A stretch of 56,730 nucleotides of DNA. Source: a virus. Taxonomy: Duplodnaviria; Caudoviricetes. Location of the stretch: positions 1-56,730 of IMG/VR virus record IMGVR_UViG_3300022752_000084; one strand, given 5' to 3'. Below are positions 1 through 8,159 of this stretch, in pieces (the stretch's first letter is position 1; the number at the start of each line of letters is the position of its first letter). The notes below the pieces were generated by a model. It was not told where the DNA came from. It made no database searches and saw nothing but the letters and a program-made list of their open reading frames with translations. Both the position numbers and the translations under genes were made by a program.

Positions 1-23
1 ACTTGAAGCTTTGTTTCAATAGC

Positions 24-52
24 TTGACAAGCCAACCCCTCTGTGGTATTTA
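24..52 (+). promoter_or_regulatory. sigma70-type promoter candidate
   Basis: TTGACA at 24-29, 17-nt spacer, imperfect -10 TATTTA at 47-52. Confidence 0.4.
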
Positions 53-176
53 CGCGTGCGTGCGTGCGCGTTCATATATCTAGCTAAGCAAACGGCAATC
101 CTTAAGAGAATCTATAGAGTAGAAACCATAACCTAACCTTAACGACAAAGGATCTGATTGGCCGTACCTTTAAGTC

Positions 177-218
177 ACCGATCCGAAAGGTATCGGTCGC
201 TCCTAGACAATCGAACAG
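177..218 (+). promoter_or_regulatory. boxB-like GAAA hairpin plus boxA-like element, copy 1
   Basis: ACCGAT-CC-GAAA-GG-T-ATCGGT hairpin at 177-197, then CCTAGACAATC at 202-212; resembles cyanobacterial rrn boxA (GAACCTTGA[A/C]AA). Confidence 0.5.
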
Positions 219-1080
219 ATCCAAGCCAAGCCGCGAACCGTTCGCCTTGCCTTGCCACGGGGTTCCCGCTTTGCCATAGCTATCTGCTGTGAGATAAGGC
301 CGAATCCTAGGACAGGCTCAGTGTAACTATGCGAGAAGCAGTTTGGATCTTTTTGATTCTATGGTTCGCGAACCTAGACAATCTAATAGTTCTCCCGTTC
401 TTAGATAGCTAGAACGGATAGCCTACGGCATGGGAGTTCTATTTACATAGCGTGATCCTTTTAACTAAGGCAAACTGTGTGCAAGTTAGTGTTAACTTGT
501 CGGCTGGTAGTTCTTATCAGTATGCAGTTTGTATAGTTAACTTGTGCAATGGGATGTTAACAGTCAGCAAGCTGAACTTAAGTAAGCCTGTGGAACTTGT
601 CGCTGTTAACATTTAGGCTCACAACTTTTAACTAGCTAAGCTTAGCAACCTTAGTTAGGGTTCTTTATAACGAAACCTACAGTTCGTAACTGTAACTAGC
701 CCACACCTTTAAGTTTACTTATCGCCAGTGTGGTAATTGAATACTTAAGACACTAACTTCTAGTTAGTTATAGTCTAGAGTATTGAGTATCTGTCTATGC
801 CACAGGTACGCAAACTGTTTACGTTCAGGCTCTCACTACATCGTTACATGTTAGATGGCGAGATTGGACAATTAAGTGGACAGACTAACTCTAGGATCTA
901 TAACTAACTAGGTGATTTATTAAACTTTCTGGCCTTATCTGTAGAGTAATCTATAGGTGGGGCCAGATTGTTTATACTTAAAACTATTTTAGTTTAAGTT
1001 ATGATCACTTTAGATCATTATAGATCATCGGGCTTAAAAGTTCTCCTCCTGTGTATTACATAGGATGAGGACCTTTTGGT
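217..1080 (+). ncRNA. candidate large structured non-coding RNA or leader
   Basis: No ORF of 60 aa or more; many nested stems (217-224/343-350, 395-401/411-417, 471-482/520-531, 554-563/603-612, 760-773/898-911, 928-945/950-967) with G-U pairs that work on the + strand. Confidence 0.6.
363..389 (+). promoter_or_regulatory. boxA-like element, copy 2
   Basis: Palindrome GGTTCGCGAACC (363-374) overlapping GAACCTAGACAATCTAATAG; the 11-nt core is identical to 202-212. Confidence 0.5.
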
Positions 1081-1111
1081 TCTCTCACTATCATCAACCC
1101 AGGTGTAAATC

Positions 1112-1423
1112 ATGACTGATTTTGATTCTGTTCTTGCGCATGAGTTAAAACTTTATGCGGACACTTTTTCATCCATTCACTATAACGGCATAGGCCGAAC
1201 ATTAAGTAAGTTTTGGCTTAAAGATACGTTCAATTATGAACGGGCTTTAGGTTATGTTTACCGCAATTTGATAATACCAGCTGCAAAGGATTATCACCTT
1301 TGCTGTGGCTCACTTACTCAAGTTTGGCACACTATGTTTCCCATTCCAGAGCGTAAACAAGCGGCAGAATGTATTCTTAACGACTTTATCGCTGAGTTTA
1401 GATTAGGTAACTTCTGGGAGTAA
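1112..1423 (+). CDS. hypothetical early protein
   Basis: 103-aa ORF, AGGT upstream, first gene of the co-oriented early cluster. Confidence 0.75.
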   Translation: MTDFDSVLAHELKLYADTFSSIHYNGIGRTLSKFWLKDTFNYERALGYVYRNLIIPAAKDYHLCCGSLTQVWHTMFPIPERKQAAECILNDFIAEFRLGNFWE

Positions 1424-1447
1424 CAACTTTTTAACTTTATTATCCAC

Positions 1448-1642
1448 TTGCACTTCAACATTATGACCGGACTTAAACCATTCGCTGGCACCTTTATCTA
1501 TAAAGGTGTGCAGGTTAATTGTATTGATCCATCACGTAGATTAGGCGGCGATTTATTCTACTTTATCTCGCCACTAACTAACAAGATTGTGTGGACTACC
1601 ACGCCTAACAAAGCCCGTAAACTTATCAAGGAAACTTTCTAA
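1448..1642 (+). CDS. hypothetical early protein (start may be ATG 1463)
   Basis: ORF tiling in the early cluster. Confidence 0.6.
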   Translation: MHFNIMTGLKPFAGTFIYKGVQVNCIDPSRRLGGDLFYFISPLTNKIVWTTTPNKARKLIKETF

Positions 1643-1644
1643 CT

Positions 1645-1821
1645 ATGGAACGCATTTATCCTTTGAAGGTAACATTTGCCTCCCTCAATATAGGCCAGCA
1701 GTTTATACCCGAAAGGGGTGGATTAGCTGTCAAGCGAACTAATCGAACCGCAGATATTTGTCACCTAACACACAATAAACGTGTGTATTTTAAGCAGACA
1801 GATATTGTTTATTATTACTAA
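1645..1821 (+). CDS. small hypothetical protein, 58 aa (not in ORF track)
   Basis: Manually translated MERIYPLKVTFASLNIGQQF...IVYYY*; fills the gap between neighbours. Confidence 0.6.
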   Translation: MERIYPLKVTFASLNIGQQFIPERGGLAVKRTNRTADICHLTHNKRVYFKQTDIVYYY

Positions 1822-1847
1822 ACCAAAATCAAACCAAGGTACTAATC

Positions 1848-2105
1848 ATGACCCGCAAAACATTCAACGTAGCAGAGTTTAAGGACTACGTAAACTCTAA
1901 GCTTGTGCTTGATTATTTATCAGATGACGAAAAGTATGGGTTGTTATCTGCACTCGATCATATACTACATGAAACCGGAAACTATAAAGGATTCGGTTAT
2001 GTTTACAAAGATGACGTAAGGCCTTGCTTTCCAGATAAAGTAGGCGCTGACGCATGTAATCCTGCGTGGGATAAATCCCGTGACGTGCGCAGAAAGTATT
2101 ACTAA
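1848..2105 (+). CDS. hypothetical early protein
   Basis: 85-aa ORF with AAGG upstream. Confidence 0.75.
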   Translation: MTRKTFNVAEFKDYVNSKLVLDYLSDDEKYGLLSALDHILHETGNYKGFGYVYKDDVRPCFPDKVGADACNPAWDKSRDVRRKYY

Positions 2106-2128
2106 ACCACTCTAAAATCACACTAACA

Positions 2129-2341
2129 ATGAACTTACAATCTCAACTTGACCATTATCTCACCCAATGGGATATGAAGCAATCCACTAAACGTGGATAC
2201 AATCCTTTTGCTCTAGGTATTTACTTAGAACGGGCAGAAAGATTAGCTAAAGATGTAGCTCAAGGCGCCACAATTAGTGACGCTATTGATGAACATTTTT
2301 GCGACAGACTTGCAGCTTTCCTTCACAAAAAGTTCTCTTAA
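2129..2341 (+). CDS. hypothetical early protein
   Basis: 70-aa ORF tiling the cluster. Confidence 0.7.
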   Translation: MNLQSQLDHYLTQWDMKQSTKRGYNPFALGIYLERAERLAKDVAQGATISDAIDEHFCDRLAAFLHKKFS

Positions 2342-2367
2342 TTCAACTTTATCCGAGGCTTAATCTA

Positions 2368-2580
2368 ATGATTACTACTAAGACTGTGTTGATTAACAAC
2401 ACCGAATATGAACTTCCTGCTGTTAATAATCTAACACGGGTCGAGATTAACAACAAGCTGCACTACTTAGGTGACCAAATACTTAAGTTACGTATGCAAC
2501 AAGACGAGCTAATTAAAATGCGAGAGGAGTTAGATAATCGACCTATAGACTTATTTGATGAGATGTTTGAAACAACTTAA
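2368..2580 (+). CDS. hypothetical coiled-coil protein
   Basis: In-frame ATG at 2368 with GAGG upstream; heptad-like C-terminal half. Confidence 0.7.
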   Translation: MITTKTVLINNTEYELPAVNNLTRVEINNKLHYLGDQILKLRMQQDELIKMREELDNRPIDLFDEMFETT

Positions 2581-2668
2581 ATCACTGTCACGTTTGTATC
2601 AGTGGGCTGCGCATACTTACCACGCAGAAATTAAACACTCACTAACTAACACCTGAGGTACTTCTCAA

Positions 2669-2836
2669 ATGACAGACACACTCAAAGAGTATCATTTCAC
2701 TGATGAACAAATTGACTTTCTGATGCGAATTGTGCGAAACAATGCACAGTTTGAAGATGGCGAAGATCGTGAGTTTATGGAAGAACTTGCGAATCAAATT
2801 GAAGATCAAATTGTAAACCACCCTACCAACGACTAA
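2669..2836 (+). CDS. small acidic protein, 55 aa (not in ORF track)
   Basis: MTDTLKEYHFTDEQIDFL...NHPTND*; GAGG upstream; TAATG overlap with the next gene. Confidence 0.75.
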   Translation: MTDTLKEYHFTDEQIDFLMRIVRNNAQFEDGEDREFMEELANQIEDQIVNHPTND

Positions 2837-3102
2837 TGACCAAAACTACCATCACTCTCAATCAATTTCACAATCTTTTGGCAGATGCTTATGCTGTCTG
2901 TGTGAATGATACTCTATACTTTGTAGGGTATGATACGGACGACAATCCTTACATTTCAGACAATGATGGGCAGGATTATGTTGATCTCTCCACTGTAGAT
3001 GGTGACATTGAAGTGGATGATTATGCTGTGTCATTTTGGGTACAAGGAGAACCCATTCGTATGCTATTTCTCAACATCAAATCTCCTATTCCAAATGACT
3101 GA
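2836..3102 (+). CDS. hypothetical acidic protein
   Basis: 88-aa ORF coupled to the upstream stop. Confidence 0.75.
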   Translation: MTKTTITLNQFHNLLADAYAVCVNDTLYFVGYDTDDNPYISDNDGQDYVDLSTVDGDIEVDDYAVSFWVQGEPIRMLFLNIKSPIPND

Positions 3103-3295
3103 CACACAAATGACTTGGTTTATACAAATCCACGACGCAGAAGGTAACGTTCTTCTGCTCAATCAAGCACTTGGAGAATACAAAAATTATTCCAAGTTTG
3201 TTGATAACAAAGCACAGAAAGTTGTCTATCAGTTTCCTACTGCAAAGCGTTGGGAAGTGCGTCCTCAACCTTATACTTCCAAGGTCATTATTTGA
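3095..3295 (+). CDS. hypothetical protein
   Basis: In-frame ATG at 3095 overlapping the previous stop. Confidence 0.65.
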   Translation: MTDTQMTWFIQIHDAEGNVLLLNQALGEYKNYSKFVDNKAQKVVYQFPTAKRWEVRPQPYTSKVII

Positions 3296-3303
3296 CCGCG
3301 CCT

Positions 3304-3351
3304 CTAAATCCTCGCTCGCTTCGCTCACTGCGGGCCACCGCATACACTAAC
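3304..3351 (+). repeat. intergenic GC hairpin repeat, copy 1
   Basis: CTAAATCCTCGCTCGCTTCGCTCACTGCGGGCCACCGCATACACTAAC; 47/48 identical to 4772-4819. Confidence 0.95.
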
Positions 3352-3373
3352 CTAACACTCACTAACTAACACC

Positions 3374-3592
3374 ATGGAAACCTACAGAGTAACTGCCATT
3401 GAATTTGATTTAGAAGATGACGAAGAGCTCACGAAGTACGAAGCAATTCGTATCAGTGAAATACTCGAAGAAAGGTATCTTTATAGTGAATGGACTGTAG
3501 AAGAGGAAGACGAAGGTTTTAGTATCGCAGATTTAATATCTAACGAATGCAAATGGTGTGTAAACTCCATTGATTACAGATTAGTTAAGTAA
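3374..3592 (+). CDS. small acidic protein, likely paralog of 6465-6770
   Basis: Shared pattern Y-x-V-x-x-I-x-F-D...RY...W...D-x-I-[ST]...[NS]S[IL]. Confidence 0.75.
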   Translation: METYRVTAIEFDLEDDEELTKYEAIRISEILEERYLYSEWTVEEEDEGFSIADLISNECKWCVNSIDYRLVK

Positions 3593-3618
3593 CCAATCCA
3601 ACCAACCAAACTAACACA

Positions 3619-3789
3619 ATGACTTACGATTTTACAACCAACAAACTCGATTTACTCACTGCTAGGGAACAATTAATGGAAGATATTGATTGTATTGTTG
3701 ATGAATACTTCCAGGAGTACGGTATTACACACGACCCTCAACTTGTTAAAGTCTTGTGTGATGCCGTATGTAGCAACTTTCCTTTTTAA
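3619..3789 (+). CDS. small hypothetical protein, 56 aa (not in ORF track)
   Basis: MTYDFTTNKLDLLTAREQLMEDIDCIVDEYF...LCDAVCSNFPF*; pattern recalled from cyanophage small ORFs. Confidence 0.7.
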   Translation: MTYDFTTNKLDLLTAREQLMEDIDCIVDEYFQEYGITHDPQLVKVLCDAVCSNFPF

Positions 3790-3820
3790 TTCACCACACT
3801 TAAACATCCAAATTATTACA

Positions 3821-4549
3821 ATGAAACGCCCCAAAGGTTTTGTTTTATGGGAGGGATTATCGCCTCTCGATAGATCCCCAATCGTATGCATCGCAACACT
3901 TAAATCAGCTAATCGCAAGACTGGCAATATGATTCAAACATTCATATTGCGCCAAGATATTAACCCTGTAGCTGCGCTTAAAAGTGGCGATGATTTATCA
4001 ATTTGTGGTAATTGTTATCACCGAGGCTCAGGTTTTGGTGACAATAGCAAGCCACACAGGAAAAGATCTTGTTACGTAAATGTAGGCCAGGCGCCTAACA
4101 GTGTGTGGAAATCATATAGGCGTAATGGTTACCTTAAATACGATGCAACTCTACACTCTAGATATTTCAAAACTCGTAAGATCCGATGGGGAAGTTATGG
4201 CGATGGCGCTATGTTGCCCGCTGAGTTAGTTACATATTTCAACGACCTTTGTATATCTCACACAGGATATACTCACCAATGGCGAGAATCATTCGCTCAG
4301 TGGAGCAAAGGTGTATTTCAGGCAAGCTGTGACGGGCTACAGGATTACATTGAAGCATCTGCACATGGTTGGAAAACCTTTGCAGTTGTAGCAGAAAACT
4401 CTGAAGCATTCAGTGGTAAACAATGCCCAGCTACAGTAGATAATAGTCAGGCGCAATGCCTAACATGTAGCCTATGCGATGGCAACAAATTAGATATATT
4501 TGTAGAAGTACATGGTCCTGGCGCTTCTAATTTTGTGGCGGCAGTGTAG
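3821..4549 (+). CDS. Cys-rich phage protein, Gp88-like or radical-SAM-like
   Basis: SANRKTG, CxxC...CY, IRWGSYGD, TGYTHQW, CPA...CxxCxLC...VHG; start reassigned to ATG 3821. Confidence 0.6.
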   Translation: MKRPKGFVLWEGLSPLDRSPIVCIATLKSANRKTGNMIQTFILRQDINPVAALKSGDDLSICGNCYHRGSGFGDNSKPHRKRSCYVNVGQAPNSVWKSYRRNGYLKYDATLHSRYFKTRKIRWGSYGDGAMLPAELVTYFNDLCISHTGYTHQWRESFAQWSKGVFQASCDGLQDYIEASAHGWKTFAVVAENSEAFSGKQCPATVDNSQAQCLTCSLCDGNKLDIFVEVHGPGASNFVAAV

Positions 4550-4599
4550 CCCAAACCAAACACAGGATGTAAACTGCCTATGAAACATAGAGCTAATCC

Positions 4600-4764
4600 G
4601 TGGCCGACAATGTAACCACGCGGCAATACAAAATTGAATTAGTTATCGTTGTTAATGCAGATAAAGCTAGCCCTTTAGTGTGGTTATCTAACTGCATCTA
4701 TGAGAACATCGACTTAAGCAACGGTGAAGACCTTAAATCATTCAACATGGAGGAACTCGCATGA
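4600..4764 (+). CDS. small hypothetical protein, 54 aa, GTG start
   Basis: Manual translation; TAAACT -10 at 4570. Confidence 0.5.
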   Translation: MADNVTTRQYKIELVIVVNADKASPLVWLSNCIYENIDLSNGEDLKSFNMEELA

Positions 4765-4771
4765 ATTGACA

Positions 4772-4819
4772 CTAAATCCTCGCTCGCTTCGCTCACTGCG
4801 GGCCGCCGCATACACTAAC
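4772..4819 (+). repeat. intergenic GC hairpin repeat, copy 2
   Basis: Near-identical to 3304-3351; TTGACA at 4766 and TACACT at 4811. Confidence 0.95.
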
Positions 4820-4850
4820 TCAACACTCACCCAATCTCATTATTATTCTG

Positions 4851-5084
4851 ATGAACACCTTTTTTGATAAAATCCCTTTCACTGCATTTTCTGCAATCCT
4901 CATAGGTTCAGCTCTAGGTATTGGCATCACAGGTTTGCTCCAAAATCAAATTAATAAACACACTGAACGTACTTGCAACGGCACAATCATCACAATCCGC
5001 ACAGTACCCACGACCTTAAAACATTGCCTACCGTTAAAACAACCTCGTCACTTAATAACTGCGGGGCGCATTTCAACACTGTAA
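4851..5084 (+). CDS. small membrane protein
   Basis: N-terminal hydrophobic helix FSAILIGSALGIGITGLL. Confidence 0.65.
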   Translation: MNTFFDKIPFTAFSAILIGSALGIGITGLLQNQINKHTERTCNGTIITIRTVPTTLKHCLPLKQPRHLITAGRISTL

Positions 5085-5097
5085 CTAACTCAAATCC

Positions 5098-5658
5098 ATG
5101 GTAAACGACGCCCTTCGCTATAACAATCCCGAACTGCGGGCTGCTGTTAAAGAACGCCTAAGTTGTGATCCTACTAAACCTAGTGGCTTAGTATGGAAAC
5201 TACCTGTGAATAACGGTAAGATGAAGGTCGGCCAGATGGCTGGCAGTTTAGATGTTACATGCGGCATATATTACATATCAATTAACAACAAGACATATAA
5301 AGCTCATAATCTCGTTTTAATCCTTCACGACGTTATATTTGGAGAGGGTGAAACAGGTGATCACATTGATGGCAACAAGTTAAATAACTCTATTGACAAT
5401 CTGCGTCTTGTTAATCAGAAGAAACAAATTTATAGAAACAGACACCGCAACAAAATCTTATACGCTTACACTTCGTGGGATAAAGTATTAGAGAAATATA
5501 AATCTAGCTATTGCGATCCAAGCACATGGCAGTTCTTTTTTGTAGGATACTTTGCAGACGCTTACGATGCGCATACAGCTGCTTGCGATCACATGCAACA
5601 ACACAACCCTCAAATACTTTGTAAGCGTCAACCTCCCTTCTCTCTATCTCAACCATGA
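5098..5658 (+). CDS. HNH homing endonuclease with AP2-like C-terminus
   Basis: YKAHNLV...DHIDGNKLNNSIDNLR motif intact; GYF...AYDAH tail. Confidence 0.85.
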   Translation: MVNDALRYNNPELRAAVKERLSCDPTKPSGLVWKLPVNNGKMKVGQMAGSLDVTCGIYYISINNKTYKAHNLVLILHDVIFGEGETGDHIDGNKLNNSIDNLRLVNQKKQIYRNRHRNKILYAYTSWDKVLEKYKSSYCDPSTWQFFFVGYFADAYDAHTAACDHMQQHNPQILCKRQPPFSLSQP

Positions 5659-5903
5659 TTTACTCGATTGATGAATCTCAGATTGAACCTACAGGTGAAT
5701 CAACACACCTTCGCACATTATTAGTTGTAACCACGCCATGTAAGTTGCAGCGCGAAGTTAAGAAAACTTTAGGTTGGAAAGGGTGTCACATTCATGCAAC
5801 ACCCATAGATAACGGATTACGTTTATCAATGAAACGCATCCTTAGGTACGCAATAGTCAAAGAAGTGGAGAATCCACTATCACAGATCAATCAAGATCTA
5901 TGA
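5655..5903 (+). CDS. hypothetical protein
   Basis: ATGA overlap with the HNH gene. Confidence 0.6.
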   Translation: MIYSIDESQIEPTGESTHLRTLLVVTTPCKLQREVKKTLGWKGCHIHATPIDNGLRLSMKRILRYAIVKEVENPLSQINQDL

Positions 5904-6038
5904 CGAATCATTTCTTCATTCCGCCTTTCTTTGTGCCTGCTTTAGTACCAGCTTTGCCACCTTTAGAACCAGTGGCGCCTTTCATACCAGCCATGATGCA
6001 AAAATCAAACAACCTTAATTATAGGAAATTTTAGCCCT

Positions 6039-6395
6039 ATGAATCAATTTCCTTGCACAAGTTGCGGCCTCTGTTGTCGCATTGTTGGTCATCTTTTGCC
6101 CAACATTGATAAGATTAAAGACCCATTAAATAAACATTTAGTCAGCACATTTCCCTATAAAACTAATGACGGTGTATGCGAAATGCTGCAACCAGATAAC
6201 ACTTGCGCAGTGTATAACGACAGGCCCGACTTGTGCAACATAAACACTGTGGCAAAACTCCGAGGAATCACAAATCTAAATGAATATCATAAACTTAACG
6301 CTCAGATATGTAACAGCTGGATTCAATTAAGTAGATCAGATCCTTCCTACTTAATCGACTTAACACAATTTGACAATATGGGAGCCACGCTCTGA
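6039..6395 (+). CDS. YkgJ-family Cys-cluster (zinc/iron-chelating) protein
   Basis: CTSCGLCC...CEML...CAVYNDRPDLC. Confidence 0.85.
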   Translation: MNQFPCTSCGLCCRIVGHLLPNIDKIKDPLNKHLVSTFPYKTNDGVCEMLQPDNTCAVYNDRPDLCNINTVAKLRGITNLNEYHKLNAQICNSWIQLSRSDPSYLIDLTQFDNMGATL

Positions 6396-6408
6396 TATTA
6401 TTACCATG

Positions 6409-6434
6409 TCCTCGCTCGCTTCGCTCACTGCGGG
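6409..6434 (+). repeat. intergenic GC hairpin repeat, copy 3 (26-nt core)
   Basis: TCCTCGCTCGCTTCGCTCACTGCGGG identical to copies 1 and 2. Confidence 0.95.
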
Positions 6435-6464
6435 GGCGTCGCACACATCTCCTGTAACTTTCTG

Positions 6465-6770
6465 ATGGATACTGAACTCACAGGCTACGAAGTAATTTCG
6501 ATCAGTTTCGATGTTTACGATGATGCTTTAACCCATGATGATCAAGCAAATTTAAGTAACAGTTTGTTAGCTCGATACAGAGGTAGCACTTGGATTTCTA
6601 ACTCTTTAGAAACAGTTGTTGATGCTATTACTAAAGAATCTGGTTATACAATTAGCTCTCTATCAATTAAATCTATCAACTTCGAGGAACTTAATGATGC
6701 CGAAGAAGAGGACTGCGATCAAGACAGCGCCCGTGTTTCGCTGTTTCAAAGTAACAATAACAACCCCTAA
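6465..6770 (+). CDS. small acidic protein, likely paralog of 3374-3592
   Basis: Sequence pattern similarity; also lies directly after a hairpin repeat. Confidence 0.7.
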   Translation: MDTELTGYEVISISFDVYDDALTHDDQANLSNSLLARYRGSTWISNSLETVVDAITKESGYTISSLSIKSINFEELNDAEEEDCDQDSARVSLFQSNNNNP

Positions 6771-6945
6771 AAAAACTTTTGAAGATTACGTACGCACACC
6801 ATTAAATTGGAGTCCAGCAAAAACTACAGCCCGTTATCTTTCAACTCATAAATATACAAATGTAGTTGATATTGTAGCCACGCGGCTACCTTTGAACTTT
6901 GTCATTACCTCACTTATTTCTTTTATCCATTACGAGGACTATTAA
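6697..6945 (+). CDS. hypothetical basic protein
   Basis: In-frame ATG at 6697 (MPKKRTAIK). Confidence 0.5.
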   Translation: MPKKRTAIKTAPVFRCFKVTITTPKKTFEDYVRTPLNWSPAKTTARYLSTHKYTNVVDIVATRLPLNFVITSLISFIHYEDY

Positions 6946-6946
6946 C

Positions 6947-7129
6947 ATGCGTTACCGAATTCGCGTATTTGTCGAAAGTAACAAAGGAGAACGTAAATGT
7001 AACACAATTGTCAGAGTTTTCTTCCAACAGAAAGATTTAGATTCTTATGTTGCGGGGTTTGCTGATGGTAGTGCAGTTGCTGTTGACGGAGTTGTTTTAG
7101 GCTCAAAAATTACACCCATGGAAAGTTAA
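6947..7129 (+). CDS. hypothetical protein
   Basis: ATG at 6947 with GAGG upstream. Confidence 0.6.
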   Translation: MRYRIRVFVESNKGERKCNTIVRVFFQQKDLDSYVAGFADGSAVAVDGVVLGSKITPMES

Positions 7130-7266
7130 GTTACTTATTATTGATTAGAGATAAATAACTTTCTGAGAGCAGGTGCAAATCATGGTAAACTTCTATTAAG
7201 TAGAAAAAGTTTTAATAAATAATGATGTTGGGGATGCTATATCCCTATAACATTAAATAAACCGCA

Positions 7267-7398
7267 ATGGATTACATGAAACTGTTAAATGTATTTGGTA
7301 GAACTTACTGGACATTAGGATTAATTACTTGGTTTTTCACAACCAGTGATCATGCTCTCCTATTATCCCTGATAGGTTTCTTCCTCATGTGCCTTTAA
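7267..7398 (+). CDS. small membrane peptide, 43 aa
   Basis: Manual translation; two short hydrophobic segments. Confidence 0.45.
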   Translation: MDYMKLLNVFGRTYWTLGLITWFFTTSDHALLLSLIGFFLMCL

Positions 7399-7410
7399 CT
7401 AGATTACCTG

Positions 7411-7439
7411 TTGACAAGAGGCTCTCGCTTAGCTATCTT
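7411..7439 (+). promoter_or_regulatory. sigma70-type promoter
   Basis: TTGACA-17 nt-TATCTT upstream of 7503. Confidence 0.75.
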
Positions 7440-7502
7440 GTTTACAGGCGGCACCGGCCTATTTAACGTGGCGCACCTCTTCCTCTATCCTATCAAAATC
7501 AC

Positions 7503-7928
7503 ATGGACACACCTTCCTTTCGCGATCTAGTGGCAGTTGGGCGCACCGCTGCCGAGTGCTGGAATGAATTCGATATAGCGCAGATGCACTGCGAGCAAGC
7601 GTTTGGCACACCCTTCAATGCAGCCAAAGGCATCCTCAACACAGATATAAATGTGGCTGAGGCTCGCGGAGTTGATCTAGCTCCTTTCCAAGGCCCTGAA
7701 TCGTCCTTTAAGTTTCCTGATCTTAGTGCGCATATAGTTGTGCGGGTTACCAGAAAACCCACGGGGCACAAAAACATCGATAAGATCAATGCCAAAATCG
7801 AGAAGCTGGAGCTCCAGCTAAAGGCTGCAAAAATTGAACGGAAAAGTTTGATTGAGCAGTTGGTTATTACCGGTGCTGTAGATCAGGTAACCGACAATAT
7901 CGGCCTAGCTTTCACGAGGCTCAAATAA
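7503..7928 (+). CDS. hypothetical protein with coiled coil
   Basis: 141-aa ORF behind a canonical promoter. Confidence 0.8.
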   Translation: MDTPSFRDLVAVGRTAAECWNEFDIAQMHCEQAFGTPFNAAKGILNTDINVAEARGVDLAPFQGPESSFKFPDLSAHIVVRVTRKPTGHKNIDKINAKIEKLELQLKAAKIERKSLIEQLVITGAVDQVTDNIGLAFTRLK

Positions 7929-8083
7929 TGTTGAAAGTCACATCTTTTCTGCTGCTCACTCTCTTGTCTGCAGTTATCACCTGCGCATCGATGGGTTACG
8001 ACCCGTTGGAGCCTAACCGCGAAAGCTCCCAGCACCTCAAAGGATTCTGTAAAGATCCTAAATTCTATGGCCCTGGTTGTTAA
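7928..8083 (+). CDS. small signal-peptide-bearing protein, 51 aa
   Basis: TAATG coupling; MLKVTSFLLLTLLSAVITCASMG... Confidence 0.5.
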   Translation: MLKVTSFLLLTLLSAVITCASMGYDPLEPNRESSQHLKGFCKDPKFYGPGC

Positions 8084-8100
8084 TCCCAATAAACTTGCCA

Positions 8101-8130
8101 AAGCGTCTGCGGAAGGCGCTTCTTTTTATT
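8101..8130 (+). terminator. intrinsic terminator
   Basis: AAGCGTCT-GCGGA-AGGCGCTT followed by CTTTTTATT. Confidence 0.65.
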
Positions 8131-8159
8131 CCCCCTACAAATTTCTTTAAGTTTTTGAA

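Noticed and set aside
3310-3336. Resemblance of CTCGCTCGCTTCGCTCACTGCGGGCC to the AAV ITR Rep-binding element or ColE1-type vector sequence
   Set aside because: Only a short imperfect match; four diverging copies sit in native intergenic positions, so this is not contamination.
3686-3820. N-terminal extension of the 287-aa ORF
   Set aside because: It overlaps a better 56-aa ORF (3619-3789); the conserved-looking sequence starts at ATG 3821.
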